Below are positions 35,644 through 44,884 of a stretch of 64,000 nt of DNA, piece after piece. Each line of letters starts with the position of its first letter. The first letter of the stretch is position 1. The stretch lies in NCBI GenBank assembly GCA_033763315.1, contig JANRKS010000007.1, positions 224,001-288,000 on the forward strand, written 5' to 3'. The DNA is from Deltaproteobacteria bacterium (GTDB taxonomy: Bacteria > Myxococcota_A > Polyangia > Fen-1088). The position numbers and the translations under genes were made by a program. Under the pieces are notes generated by a model. That model had not been told where the DNA came from, did no database searches, and saw only the letters and a list, made by a program, of their open reading frames with translations.

Positions 35644-37197
35644 TCACGCCGCCACCCGAAGTTTGGTGTAACGATCCAGGAACTCCTCAGCGGCGCCGAA
35701 GATGCGGACCTTGCGGTCGGCTTTCAGGTTGGCAAATGCCTTAAGCATCATCGAGGTCCGCGTGTTGGCGCCAATCGTGGCGCGTTGTCGGTCCACAAAC
35801 CGCCAGAACAACCCATCCACCACGTCAACCCATTGGGTTTGCCCCGCCAACTCCCGCGGGGCTTCGTAGTCCGACATACGCAGGATGTAATTGCTCCCAC
35901 AGACGTAAGGCTTCGTGGTCATCAAGCCCCCGTCCGCGAACAACGCCATGCCAAAGACGTTGGGCACCATCACCCAGTCGCTTGAATCAACGAACATTTC
36001 CATGAACCAGCGATACGCGTTCTGCGGGTGGATCTCAGCCAACGTCATGAGGTTTCCGGCCAACATCAATCGTTCGATGTGGTGCGCCCAACCCATGCGT
36101 TGCGCTTTGCGAATCAGATCATCCAGCGGCGGTATGCCCGTGCGGCCTTCGTACCATGCGGCGGTGAGCTCACGCTGGTGGCCAAAATGATTCTGCTGCA
36201 TCTGCCACGCGCCATGCTTGCGGTAGACGGCCCGCACAAACTCACGCCACCCCACCACTTGCCGAATGAACCCTTCGATTGAGTTCAGCGGCACCTTGTG
36301 CTGCTGCGTGAACGCCAGCGTTTCATCCACGATTTCACCGGGCGTTAGCAGGCCAGCGTTCATCAATGGCGACAACACGCCGTGAAACACCGTGGCCGAT
36401 CGCGATGTCATCGCGTCTTCGTAAGCACCAAAATTGGCAAGACGCTCGGACAAGAACCGCGAGAACCAAGCGAGTGCGTCTTGCCGCGTGACCGGCAACC
36501 ACCAAGATCCCCTCGACAACTCACCCGGATGCTTTGCGAATCGCTCGGCGACAAGAGGCATCAACTGCACCACGTGATCCGTGGGCGCCGTCCGAGACAG
36601 GCTCGGCACCACCACGTCACTGGGCAAAGGGTGCCGGTTGTCCTCGTCGTAACTCCACTTGCCACCCTGCGGCTCTCCATTTTCATCCAGAAGCAGTCCC
36701 AAGTTCTGCCGCTGCCATCGATAAAAATTCACCATGCGCGGTTGGGCTTGGCGGCGCAGGAACAACTCAGCCGCGTTGCGATCAGTGAGAAACATGGGGC
36801 TCTTTAACACCGTGCGCTCAAGCCCCAAACGCACCACCAATCGTTCGATGCGCTGTTCGAAGAAATTGTCTTCGATCTCAAAGTGCACGAGGCGCTTGAT
36901 CTCGTTGCGTCGGACAAACGCCGTCAGCTTCTCCTCGTACGAGGCCGAAGCACCCACGGGCTCTTTCGGATCCAGTGCGTGGTACTTAACGCGAAATCCG
37001 GCGTGTCGCAGGCCGTCGGCGTAGTGCCGCATCGCCGCCAAAGTGAAAACGATCTTCTGCTTGTGGTGCCGAACGTAGGTGCACAGGCCGTCGTCTTCCG
37101 CCATAAACACCCACGCCCCCCGAAGCGCCGCCAGGTGACTGCGCGGAAACAGTTGGTTCCCCAGAATGAGGACACCGGTGTGAGGGTCGCTGACCAC
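35644..37197 (-). CDS. Bacterial (6-4) photolyase / cryptochrome (PhrB/CryB-like family), Fe-S-free type
   Basis: LILGNQL, HHKQKI, GGKWSYDEDNR, FGAYEDAM, EGFIRQVVGWREF, HHIERLM, WVMVPNVFGM, TKPY. Confidence 0.92.
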   Translation of the reverse strand: MVSDPHTGVLILGNQLFPRSHLAALRGAWVFMAEDDGLCTYVRHHKQKIVFTLAAMRHYADGLRHAGFRVKYHALDPKEPVGASASYEEKLTAFVRRNEIKRLVHFEIEDNFFEQRIERLVVRLGLERTVLKSPMFLTDRNAAELFLRRQAQPRMVNFYRWQRQNLGLLLDENGEPQGGKWSYDEDNRHPLPSDVVVPSLSRTAPTDHVVQLMPLVAERFAKHPGELSRGSWWLPVTRQDALAWFSRFLSERLANFGAYEDAMTSRSATVFHGVLSPLMNAGLLTPGEIVDETLAFTQQHKVPLNSIEGFIRQVVGWREFVRAVYRKHGAWQMQQNHFGHQRELTAAWYEGRTGIPPLDDLIRKAQRMGWAHHIERLMLAGNLMTLAEIHPQNAYRWFMEMFVDSSDWVMVPNVFGMALFADGGLMTTKPYVCGSNYILRMSDYEAPRELAGQTQWVDVVDGLFWRFVDRQRATIGANTRTSMMLKAFANLKADRKVRIFGAAEEFLDRYTKLRVAA

Positions 37198-37392
37198 TCA
37201 CTTTGGATGCTCGGCTGGCCCTAAATACACACACGGAAAGCGTTCTTTTCGATTTTTTGCCTTGCCGCTTAAGTCCGCGCAAAAAGTTACGAGAAGACAA
37301 CATGACTTTAACGGTGCCGTCACCGGTCGCGTTGTACGCTTTCTTTCGTGCAGGGGTAGGCGGGTGGCAGGAACCAACCAAGGAGGATGACG

Positions 37393-37593
37393 GTGTATGG
37401 GTTTGACGTAAAAGATCGGGGTAAGGACAACGGGGCGGGAGAGACAGAGGCGGGTTCGCAACTGGTGGGGGTGCAGTGGCAGGGGGATGTCAATCAAGAG
37501 CAGCGCCGACAGAGGGCCGCTCAGTTTTTGGCAAGCGTGGACGTTTCGTTGACAGCTCGCAAACGACGCCGGAGCTCCGGCGTTATGTGGTGA
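37393..37593 (+). CDS. Small hypothetical protein (66 aa)
   Basis: Perfect AGGAGG at 37381-37386, 6 nt before in-frame GTG 37393. It has its own downstream terminator and fills an otherwise empty gap. Confidence 0.6.
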   Translation: MYGFDVKDRGKDNGAGETEAGSQLVGVQWQGDVNQEQRRQRAAQFLASVDVSLTARKRRRSSGVMW

Positions 37594-37639
37594 CCGTCGC
37601 GCGACGGGTCTGGGCGGGTAGGTGGAGGTTTTTGATTCG

Positions 37640-37675
37640 ACGCCGATTCCTAAGCGGGATCGGCGTTTTGCTTTT
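37640..37675 (+). terminator. Rho-independent terminator
   Basis: ACGCCGATTCC-TAAGC-GGGATCGGCGT then TTTGCTTTT. Confidence 0.7.
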
Positions 37676-37708
37676 CGAACACAGGTGGCGCCTTGGCGCA
37701 GACGCCAC

Positions 37709-38689
37709 TCAAAGTGTTGACGCCGGTGCGATCCGCACCAGTTCGTAGCGAACCGCTTCTTGCGAATAGTTGTAAAAGCCGAATCTGCCGGCGGCGTATG
37801 TGGTGTCTTTCGAGGTGATTGAAACCACGGTCACAGCGTCTTCCTTGATTTCCAGGCGGATGTCGCCGGGACGGAAGACCAAACGAAAGGTGTAGGCGGT
37901 GTCGTCCTTCCAGCCTGTTTGGTTCTTTGTTGGATCCGATAAAAGTTTCACCTTCGTTGTGCCCCCTGATTTCCAGAAATCGGCACACGACAACAAAGGT
38001 GCGTCTGCGTTCACCACCTTTAAGGCGCCCCCGGCGTTGGCGGTCCCACAAGCCGGCGAATCCTGCGTCGTTTGCTTCCAGTCAAACAAATAAAAGTGCT
38101 GCGGATCCTGCCAGCCGAACACCAAACCCACGAGATCATCATCGGTGGCCGTATAGACGCCCAGCTTGCCCGTCACTTCGATGCCTTCATAGCTTTGTGC
38201 CGTGATGTATGCCGATGGCCACGCGTTCGCTTTTTGCGTCGCCGTGCGGCCGTCATCCGTAAAGCCGTAGGACGCCAAGATCTGAACGGTGTCGTCCGTG
38301 GGTCGAAACTGATGCAGCTCAAAGCCCGTCGCCAAGCCCAGCGGATTGCACGCGTCGTTGGCGCAGCCGTTCGGGCACACGAGCCTTAGCCACGCATCCC
38401 CCGTGGGGGCACAGCGCGCGGCCGTGAGGCTGTCCTCACAGCGCAGCGCTGACGGCGTGCAGCGTACGGGTCCATCCGCGCCCGCGTCTGTGGCGGCATC
38501 GCTGGCGGCGTCACCCCAAAGCGCGTCGCCCCCGTCAGTGGCCTGGAAAAAACCATCGAAGGTGGGAGCGTCGAAGCCTGCAACGGCCGCATCCTGGCGC
38601 TGGCCTCCGTCGTCGTCGCCGCCACAAGCGACACACAGGAGACATACACACAACAAGGACTCCATCACAAAGGCAAGCCGCACGGTCAT
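37709..38689 (-). CDS. Lipoprotein with thrombospondin C-terminal (TSP_C, lectin-like) domain
   Basis: Lipobox CVAC and a Cys-rich module. TDDDLVGLVFGWQDPQHFYLFDWKQ, GWKDDTAY and DTTYAAGRFGFYNYSQE resemble TSP_C. Confidence 0.8.
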   Translation of the reverse strand: MTVRLAFVMESLLCVCLLCVACGGDDDGGQRQDAAVAGFDAPTFDGFFQATDGGDALWGDAASDAATDAGADGPVRCTPSALRCEDSLTAARCAPTGDAWLRLVCPNGCANDACNPLGLATGFELHQFRPTDDTVQILASYGFTDDGRTATQKANAWPSAYITAQSYEGIEVTGKLGVYTATDDDLVGLVFGWQDPQHFYLFDWKQTTQDSPACGTANAGGALKVVNADAPLLSCADFWKSGGTTKVKLLSDPTKNQTGWKDDTAYTFRLVFRPGDIRLEIKEDAVTVVSITSKDTTYAAGRFGFYNYSQEAVRYELVRIAPASTL

Positions 38690-38818
38690 GAACTTATTTG
38701 AGCGGCATGTGGCCTAGTAAAGTCAAGCACGTGCAACGCTGTGACAAGAGCCTGAGGCCACATCACACCCGCTATTGACAGTCTGGAACCGTCGGTGCCA
38801 GCCTGGCGCTGTTGTCTC

Positions 38819-39205
38819 ATGCGGCTCGCCCTGTCGATTTGGCTTCTGTTTGCGCTCGCCCTCCCTGCACCTCGTGCCCGCGCCGAGGACTTTGCGATGG
38901 CGCTTTCGGCGCAAGCGCAGGCCACCCACGGCATCAAGAACCGCCAGCCCATCGACCAGGCCTACGAATTTTTCTCCAGCGAATACGTTTGGATATGGAC
39001 AATGGTTCGCGGCGGCAACCCTGGCACCGTTGTGAGGCACGTGTGGAAGCGCGACGGGGTCACAGTGTTTCGACGCGAACTGCGGGTGGGCGCACGGCGG
39101 TGGAGCACCAACTCTCACCACCGTTGCCCGCCCGGCGCCTGGACGGTGCAAGTGCAAGCCATAGACGCCAGCGTGTTGGCCGAGGTTGAGTTCATCGTAA
39201 AGTGA
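38819..39205 (+). CDS. DUF2914-like secreted protein
   Basis: Signal peptide ending ARA. Motifs IKNRQP, VRHVW, RWSTNS, GAWTVQV. Confidence 0.8.
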   Translation: MRLALSIWLLFALALPAPRARAEDFAMALSAQAQATHGIKNRQPIDQAYEFFSSEYVWIWTMVRGGNPGTVVRHVWKRDGVTVFRRELRVGARRWSTNSHHRCPPGAWTVQVQAIDASVLAEVEFIVK

Positions 39206-39233
39206 ACGCCCCGGCTGTCAAAGTCGTGAGCGC

Positions 39234-41687
39234 CTAACGTTTGTCGCGGTTGCCACTGGCCAAGTTGGCAAACGGGTTGTTGAACGGCTGCGCCGGCCCG
39301 CGGTTGGGCGTTGCGGGCCGTCCCCCACCAAAACCACCTGAGGAGCGATCGTTGCGATCATTTCGATCATGCCGATCGTTGCGGCCCTGACCCGCCCCGT
39401 GGCCCGGGCGCGCGTCACTGGCGGGCGGGCGCGGTTTGCCCATGTTCGCCACACCGTCAGAGCGCATGGTCAAGGCGATGCGCTTTTTGTCTTTGTCGAT
39501 TTCCACGACGCGCACCTGCACGCGGTCGCCCGGGCTCACCACCTCGCGTGGATCTTTGACGAACTTGTCCGCCAATTGTGAGATGTGAACCAAGCCATCT
39601 TGGTGAACGCCAATATCGACGAACGCACCGAAATTGGTGACGTTGGTGACGATGCCGGGGCACACCATGCCGATCTCGAGATCTTTGATTTCGTGAATGT
39701 CGGACCGGTACGCAAATGACACGAAACCATCGCGCGGATCGCGTCCTGGCTTTTCCAGCTCCGCGATGATGTCGGCAAACGTGAATTCACCAAGCTCGTC
39801 TTTAAGTTCTTTGGATTGCTTCACCGAAGCCACGCCGGAGCCGAGCAAGCCTTGCACGCCCACATTCATGCGCTCAGCCAAGCGTTGCAACGAATGGTAC
39901 CGCTCGGGGTGCACGCCCGTGTTGTCGAGCGGGTTGTCACCCCCGGGGATGCGCAGAAAGCCTGCGGCTTGCTCATACGTTTTCTGCGTAAAACGCGGCA
40001 CTTCAAGCAATTCGTGGCGGCTCTTGAACAGGCCCACCTTCCCTCGGTGCGACACAATTGATTTCGCCAAGCCTGGCCCGATGCCCGACACATGTTGCAA
40101 CAAGTGCGTGGAAGCCGTGTTCAGATTCACGCCCACCTGATTCACGCACGAGTCCACCACGGCGTCCAAGCTCTTCTTCAAGGCCGTGGGCGAGACGTCG
40201 TGTTGGTATTGCCCCACGCCGATGCTCTTGGGATCCACCTTCACCAATTCGGCCAGAGGATCTTGTAAGCGGCGGGCGATGGAGATCGCCCCACGCACGG
40301 TCAGATCAAGATCGGGGAACTCTTCTCGCGCCACATCGCTGGCGCTGTAGATGCTCGCGCCTGATTCGCTCACCATGACCACGGGCGTGTTGCTGCCCGC
40401 CTCTTTGAGCGCCTCGCGCACAAACTCTTCGGTTTCGCGGCCTGCGGTGCCATTGCCCACGGCCACTGCTTGTACGCCGCCTGCTTCCACAAGCTTAGCC
40501 AACAACATTTTGGCTTCCTGTTTGCCACGGTCGGTTTCAAGGTGCATCACCGCGTTTCCTACGTAGGCGCCGCTGCTATCCACCATCGCCAGCTTGCAGC
40601 CCGTGCGAATGCCGGGATCCACGCCCAAAACAGCCTTGGCTCCAAACGGCGCCGCCAGCAGCAACTTACGCACATTCTCGGCGAAAACGGAGATGGCCGC
40701 TTCGTCGGCGATGTCGCGCAAGGCCTTGTGCACTTCATTTTCAATCGCCGGGATCACGTGGGCGCGCGCCGCCAGCCGCGCCGCCGTTTTCATAATCGTT
40801 GCGCCTGGAAAATCGGGCACCGTGAGCGCCGCCGCCTCGAATCGAGCCACCACTTGATCCACAAGCGGATCAGGCACACGCAACCGCGAAAGCACATCGT
40901 CGCCCGCAGCAGGATCCACCGGCGGCAACTCGCCCCCCAAGGACAGCACGAGCTCCTCTTCCATCCAACCGCGGCGCATCGCCAAGTAACGGTGTGAACT
41001 TTCCGGCTTCATCAACGAAGGCACGGGCTCTTGGTGATCGAAGTAAAGCTCGAACTTGCTGTGTGGTTTAACCTTGGCGCCCTTGCGGCTGCGCACCAAC
41101 GCTTCTTTGTGATACGTCTCGCGCACTTCCTGGCGCAGGCCCACGTCTTCAGACAGCCGTTCAGTCACAATGTCTGTGGCGCCGCCCAACGCCTTCTGCG
41201 TAGTATCGATTTCCTTTTCAGCGTTGAGAAACGCCGCAGCTTTGCTCTCCGGTGTTTCACCCGGCGCCAGCTTCACGAGGCCGTGGGCGGCGTCCCACAA
41301 CCAATCGGCCAGCGGCTCCAATCCCGCTTCCTTTGCGATGGCGGCTTTGGTTTTGCGCTTCTGCTTGTAAGGCAGATAAAGATCTTCCAACAACGACAGA
41401 TCGTAGGCGCCCTCGATCTTCGCCTTGAGCTCCGGTGTCAGTTTCTTTTGGTGCTCAATCTCTTGCAGGATGAACGCCTGCCGTTTGACGATCTCTTCCC
41501 AACGCTCTTTGCATTCGAGCACCTGGCGCACGCCCACTTCATCCAGATTGCCGGTTTGTTCTTTGCGGTAGCGGGCGATGAACGGCACTGTGCCGCCCTC
41601 CTCCGCCAATTTCAAAACGGCAGCGGCGCTGCGCGCAGGGATCTGCGGTGCCTGTTCGGCAAACCAGCTCTCGAAGGTCTTTTGCAT
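39234..41687 (-). CDS. tex: Tex family RNA-binding transcriptional accessory protein
   Basis: TVPFIARYRKE, EDLYLPYK, GVDPGIRTGCK, IARRLQDPLAELVK, HPERY, S1 domain (FGAFVDIGVHQDGLVHIS). Confidence 0.96.
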   Translation of the reverse strand: MQKTFESWFAEQAPQIPARSAAAVLKLAEEGGTVPFIARYRKEQTGNLDEVGVRQVLECKERWEEIVKRQAFILQEIEHQKKLTPELKAKIEGAYDLSLLEDLYLPYKQKRKTKAAIAKEAGLEPLADWLWDAAHGLVKLAPGETPESKAAAFLNAEKEIDTTQKALGGATDIVTERLSEDVGLRQEVRETYHKEALVRSRKGAKVKPHSKFELYFDHQEPVPSLMKPESSHRYLAMRRGWMEEELVLSLGGELPPVDPAAGDDVLSRLRVPDPLVDQVVARFEAAALTVPDFPGATIMKTAARLAARAHVIPAIENEVHKALRDIADEAAISVFAENVRKLLLAAPFGAKAVLGVDPGIRTGCKLAMVDSSGAYVGNAVMHLETDRGKQEAKMLLAKLVEAGGVQAVAVGNGTAGRETEEFVREALKEAGSNTPVVMVSESGASIYSASDVAREEFPDLDLTVRGAISIARRLQDPLAELVKVDPKSIGVGQYQHDVSPTALKKSLDAVVDSCVNQVGVNLNTASTHLLQHVSGIGPGLAKSIVSHRGKVGLFKSRHELLEVPRFTQKTYEQAAGFLRIPGGDNPLDNTGVHPERYHSLQRLAERMNVGVQGLLGSGVASVKQSKELKDELGEFTFADIIAELEKPGRDPRDGFVSFAYRSDIHEIKDLEIGMVCPGIVTNVTNFGAFVDIGVHQDGLVHISQLADKFVKDPREVVSPGDRVQVRVVEIDKDKKRIALTMRSDGVANMGKPRPPASDARPGHGAGQGRNDRHDRNDRNDRSSGGFGGGRPATPNRGPAQPFNNPFANLASGNRDKR

Positions 41688-41730
41688 GGGACGTGCAGCA
41701 TACGCAAAGCGCGCCCCACATTTAAGGCCT

Positions 41731-41739
41731 TGTGGATAA
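41731..41739 (-). promoter_or_regulatory. Perfect DnaA-box match upstream of tex
   Basis: TGTGGATAA is the reverse complement of TTATCCACA. It lies in the 81-bp pgm-tex gap, within the palindrome GGCCTT-GTGGAT-AAGGCC. Confidence 0.35.
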
Positions 41740-41768
41740 GGCCACGCCGAATCGGCGCCAGATCCTGC

Positions 41769-43418
41769 CTAGGCCGGAACAGACGCGGCCACCAAGGCCT
41801 GCGCTTCGCTCACGATCAGATCCAGGTGTTGCTGATCACGGAAACTTTCGGCGTAGATCTTATAAATGGCCTCGGTGCCTGACGGCCGCGCGGCGAACCA
41901 CCCGCTTTCCGTAACCACCTTCAACCCGCCGATCGCGGCGCCGTTTCCAGGCGCGGTGGTCAACTTTGCCAAGATGGGCTCGCCCGCCAGCGTTGTGCCA
42001 CGCACGGCCTCGGGTGAAAGCTTTTTGAGCGCTTGTCGCACCTTATCCGAAGCGGGCTGATCCAAGCGCACATAGTGCGGGGTGCCCAATTGCCGCGTCA
42101 GGGCTTGGTAATGCTGATACGGATCCTGGCCGGTGGTGGCGCGGATCTCGGCGGCGAGCAACGCCAACAACAACCCATCTTTGTCCGTAGTCCACACTTT
42201 TCCATCGCGCCGCAAGAAGCTGGCCCCCGCGCTTTCCTCACCGCCAAACACCAAGCTGCCGCTGACCAAGCCAGGCACAAACCACTTAAAGCCCACAGGC
42301 ACTTCCACAACTTTGCGGCCACGCACGCGCGCCACGCGATCAATGAGCCCGCTTGAAACCAACGTTTTGCCCACGCCCGAGGTTTCGGGCCACGCGGGCC
42401 TGTGGGTGACAAGATAATCGATCGCCACCGCCAGAAAATGATTGGGGTTCATCAAGCCGCCCGTGGGCGTGACGATGCCGTGCCGATCGGCGTCCGCGTC
42501 GTTGCCGAACGCGATGTCGTAATCACCCTTGAGCGCAATCAAGCTGGCCATCGCCGCGGGGCTTGAACAATCCATGCGGATCTTGCCGTCGTGATCCACG
42601 GTCATGAATCCGAACTGCGGATCCACTTTGTTGTTCACCACGCGCACGTCAATGCCAAGGCGTTCCGACATCACTTGCCAATACGCGATCGAAGCGCCCC
42701 CCAAAGGATCGGCGCCGATGCGGATGCCTGAGGTACGAATGGCGTCGATGTCCACCACGTTTGGCAGATCTAGAATGTACGGCGTAATCAAGTCACGCGC
42801 GTGCGTGTTGTCAGCCGCCAGCGCCTTCTCATACGCCATACGCGCGACGCCTTTGTTGCCGCCGCGAAGCAGCTCATTGGCACGTTTTTCCACCCAGCCC
42901 GTGGCATCGGTGTCTGCGGGGCCCCCGTTGGGTGGGTTGTATTTAAAGCCGCCATCTTCGGGCGGGTTGTGTGAAGGCGTGACCACGATGCCGTCGGCTT
43001 GCGCGCGGCCTGGCGTGCGGTTGTGCGCCAAGATCGCATGTGAGATCGCAGGCGTAGGCGTAAAGCCATCGCCCTCTTGCACCACCGTTTGCACACCATT
43101 GCCAGCCAACACCTCAAGCGCCGAACGCGTGGCGGGATCCGATAAGGCGTGTGTGTCTTTGCCCAGGAACAAGGGACCCGTGATCCCTTGGTTTGCACGG
43201 TACTCGCAGATGGCCTGTGTGGTGGCCAAGATGTGCGCCTCGTTGAACGTGTTCTTGAACGAAGAGCCGCGGTGCCCGCTCGTGCCGAAGGCCACAGCCT
43301 GTGTGGGGTCAGCGGGATCCGGCGACCGATCGTAATACGCGCCCAACAGCGCGGACACATCAACCAAAATGTCTTTCGGAGCGGGCTTGCCAGCTAAGGG
43401 GCTGCGTTTGTCTTCCAT
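41769..43418 (-). CDS. pgm: Phosphoglucomutase (alpha-D-glucose-1,6-bisphosphate-dependent)
   Basis: [35 protein letters not shown]. Confidence 0.96.
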   Translation of the reverse strand: MEDKRSPLAGKPAPKDILVDVSALLGAYYDRSPDPADPTQAVAFGTSGHRGSSFKNTFNEAHILATTQAICEYRANQGITGPLFLGKDTHALSDPATRSALEVLAGNGVQTVVQEGDGFTPTPAISHAILAHNRTPGRAQADGIVVTPSHNPPEDGGFKYNPPNGGPADTDATGWVEKRANELLRGGNKGVARMAYEKALAADNTHARDLITPYILDLPNVVDIDAIRTSGIRIGADPLGGASIAYWQVMSERLGIDVRVVNNKVDPQFGFMTVDHDGKIRMDCSSPAAMASLIALKGDYDIAFGNDADADRHGIVTPTGGLMNPNHFLAVAIDYLVTHRPAWPETSGVGKTLVSSGLIDRVARVRGRKVVEVPVGFKWFVPGLVSGSLVFGGEESAGASFLRRDGKVWTTDKDGLLLALLAAEIRATTGQDPYQHYQALTRQLGTPHYVRLDQPASDKVRQALKKLSPEAVRGTTLAGEPILAKLTTAPGNGAAIGGLKVVTESGWFAARPSGTEAIYKIYAESFRDQQHLDLIVSEAQALVAASVPA

Positions 43419-43433
43419 GGGCGTGCGCGGAGT

Positions 43434-44189
43434 CTATTTGGTCTCGAGCTCAATCTCCATCTCGGGATTGTAAGAAGGCAAATTGCCGTCTTCATCCACG
43501 ATGACGCGAACGCTGGTTTCTTTTCCTTCCGGTAACGTGATCGCAAAACTCTGCTCGGAGAGGTAACCGGCCGACGCCGAATCGCGCGACTTGACCTCAA
43601 GCCGCACCGAAAGCACATGCGCGCCGGGAGCAACTGATCGTGCCGCCAACGACACAGGCTCTTCGGTGACCGGACGCTCAGACGCATCCCACAACCGCGT
43701 GCCATCTAGACGCAATTCAGCCTTCTCAATTTTAAAGTGGCGGTTGGCCTCCCACTTGAGCTCAAACGCCGCTTTTGTTGAAAACAGGGCCTTTTCCAAG
43801 GTGGCACGGCGGGCACGCGAACGAAACACACCATCGCGCAACTCATCATAGCGAGCGCGCAAAGCCTCTGGCGAGGCCGTGGCGGGTTTGGTGGGCGGCT
43901 GCGACACATCCACGTTGACCACGGGCGCGGCGGTTGCGGCAGGTGCGGCTTCGGCACTCGCGGCGGGCGTCGGCGTGGCCTCGGACTGTTCCTCCTCTGC
44001 TGGCGCAGGATCATCCAAAATGGGCGCGGCCGGTTCGGGCGCGGGAGGAGCCTTCTTCTTTTTGGGCGCGGCCGGCCGTGCCTTCGCCGCGGGTTTGGCA
44101 GCCAAGCGCTTCGGGGCGCCGTGCACCACGCCGCCGCCCAGCCACGCCAGCGCCAGCGCCATCACCACACATGAACGCGTTTTCGACAT
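43434..44189 (-). CDS. Periplasmic hypothetical protein (Pro/Ala/Lys linker, coiled coil, beta-sandwich)
   Basis: Signal peptide, low-complexity linker, LRARYDELRDGVFRSRARR helix, beta-rich C-terminus. Start codon uncertain (44189/44195/44204). Confidence 0.65.
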   Translation of the reverse strand: MSKTRSCVVMALALAWLGGGVVHGAPKRLAAKPAAKARPAAPKKKKAPPAPEPAAPILDDPAPAEEEQSEATPTPAASAEAAPAATAAPVVNVDVSQPPTKPATASPEALRARYDELRDGVFRSRARRATLEKALFSTKAAFELKWEANRHFKIEKAELRLDGTRLWDASERPVTEEPVSLAARSVAPGAHVLSVRLEVKSRDSASAGYLSEQSFAITLPEGKETSVRVIVDEDGNLPSYNPEMEIELETK

Positions 44190-44200
44190 CGTCACGTTTG

Positions 44201-44884
44201 TCACTCCCGCCAAGGCAAAAACATACTGACGCCCAAGGTGGCGCTGAGATCGTTGACCCACACCCGCTCAGCCAACAACTGCTGCCGGTAAACGTAGTCG
44301 CGAAAATCAAAGCGCACCGCCATCACACGCCCGGTCCAAAAAATAAAGCCGATGCCCGCGTTGCCGGCAACCCCACTAGAGACCGGAGAATCCACAACGC
44401 CCGCGCCAGCCGTCAGCTGAATGTCAAAGCGAGCGACTTCACCACCCATCTGCAGCTTGGCGTAAATCGGCGTCACCACAAGGTTCGTGGCGAACAGCAG
44501 CGAATCACGTGATTTGCCCTCAAGCACGGAAAAATTGCGTTCAAGCTCGATGCCGCTGCGTGAAGCGATCTTTGTGTACGCGCCCCCCGCTTCCACCGCA
44601 AAGTTCTCGGTGAGATGGTACGTATAGGCAGCGCCCATCACAGGTGAACCATCAAACACGTCTGACACGTAGTAGCCGCCCTTAAGCGTGATCTCGTGGC
44701 GGTTCGTCTTTTGGTAAAGCCGCGTCTTGACGAAGCGACGGCGTCGCTTGGCGTCCAAGTCCGCCTTGAGCGTTTCGTCCACGCATGCGCCCGTTTCGAC
44801 CTCTGCGGCGCGCGCAGGACCGCAAAGCAAAGCGACGGCCGCTGCGGTCAACAGCCCTGCGTGTATTAAGCGTGCGCGGCTCAT
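44201..44884 (-). CDS. Outer-membrane beta-barrel protein (TIGR04565-like, GltA/B/H-type)
   Basis: Signal peptide ending ARA. K..RHEIT..GG...SD.F, YHLTENFAVE, PIYAKL, RFDFRDY. ATGA overlap with the upstream paralog. Confidence 0.82.
   Translation of the reverse strand: MSRARLIHAGLLTAAAVALLCGPARAAEVETGACVDETLKADLDAKRRRRFVKTRLYQKTNRHEITLKGGYYVSDVFDGSPVMGAAYTYHLTENFAVEAGGAYTKIASRSGIELERNFSVLEGKSRDSLLFATNLVVTPIYAKLQMGGEVARFDIQLTAGAGVVDSPVSSGVAGNAGIGFIFWTGRVMAVRFDFRDYVYRQQLLAERVWVNDLSATLGVSMFLPWRE

Noticed and set aside
39346-39385. 9-bp-period repeats at the tex 3' end (RNDRHDRNDRND)
   Set aside because: This is an ordinary low-complexity tail of an RNA-binding protein.
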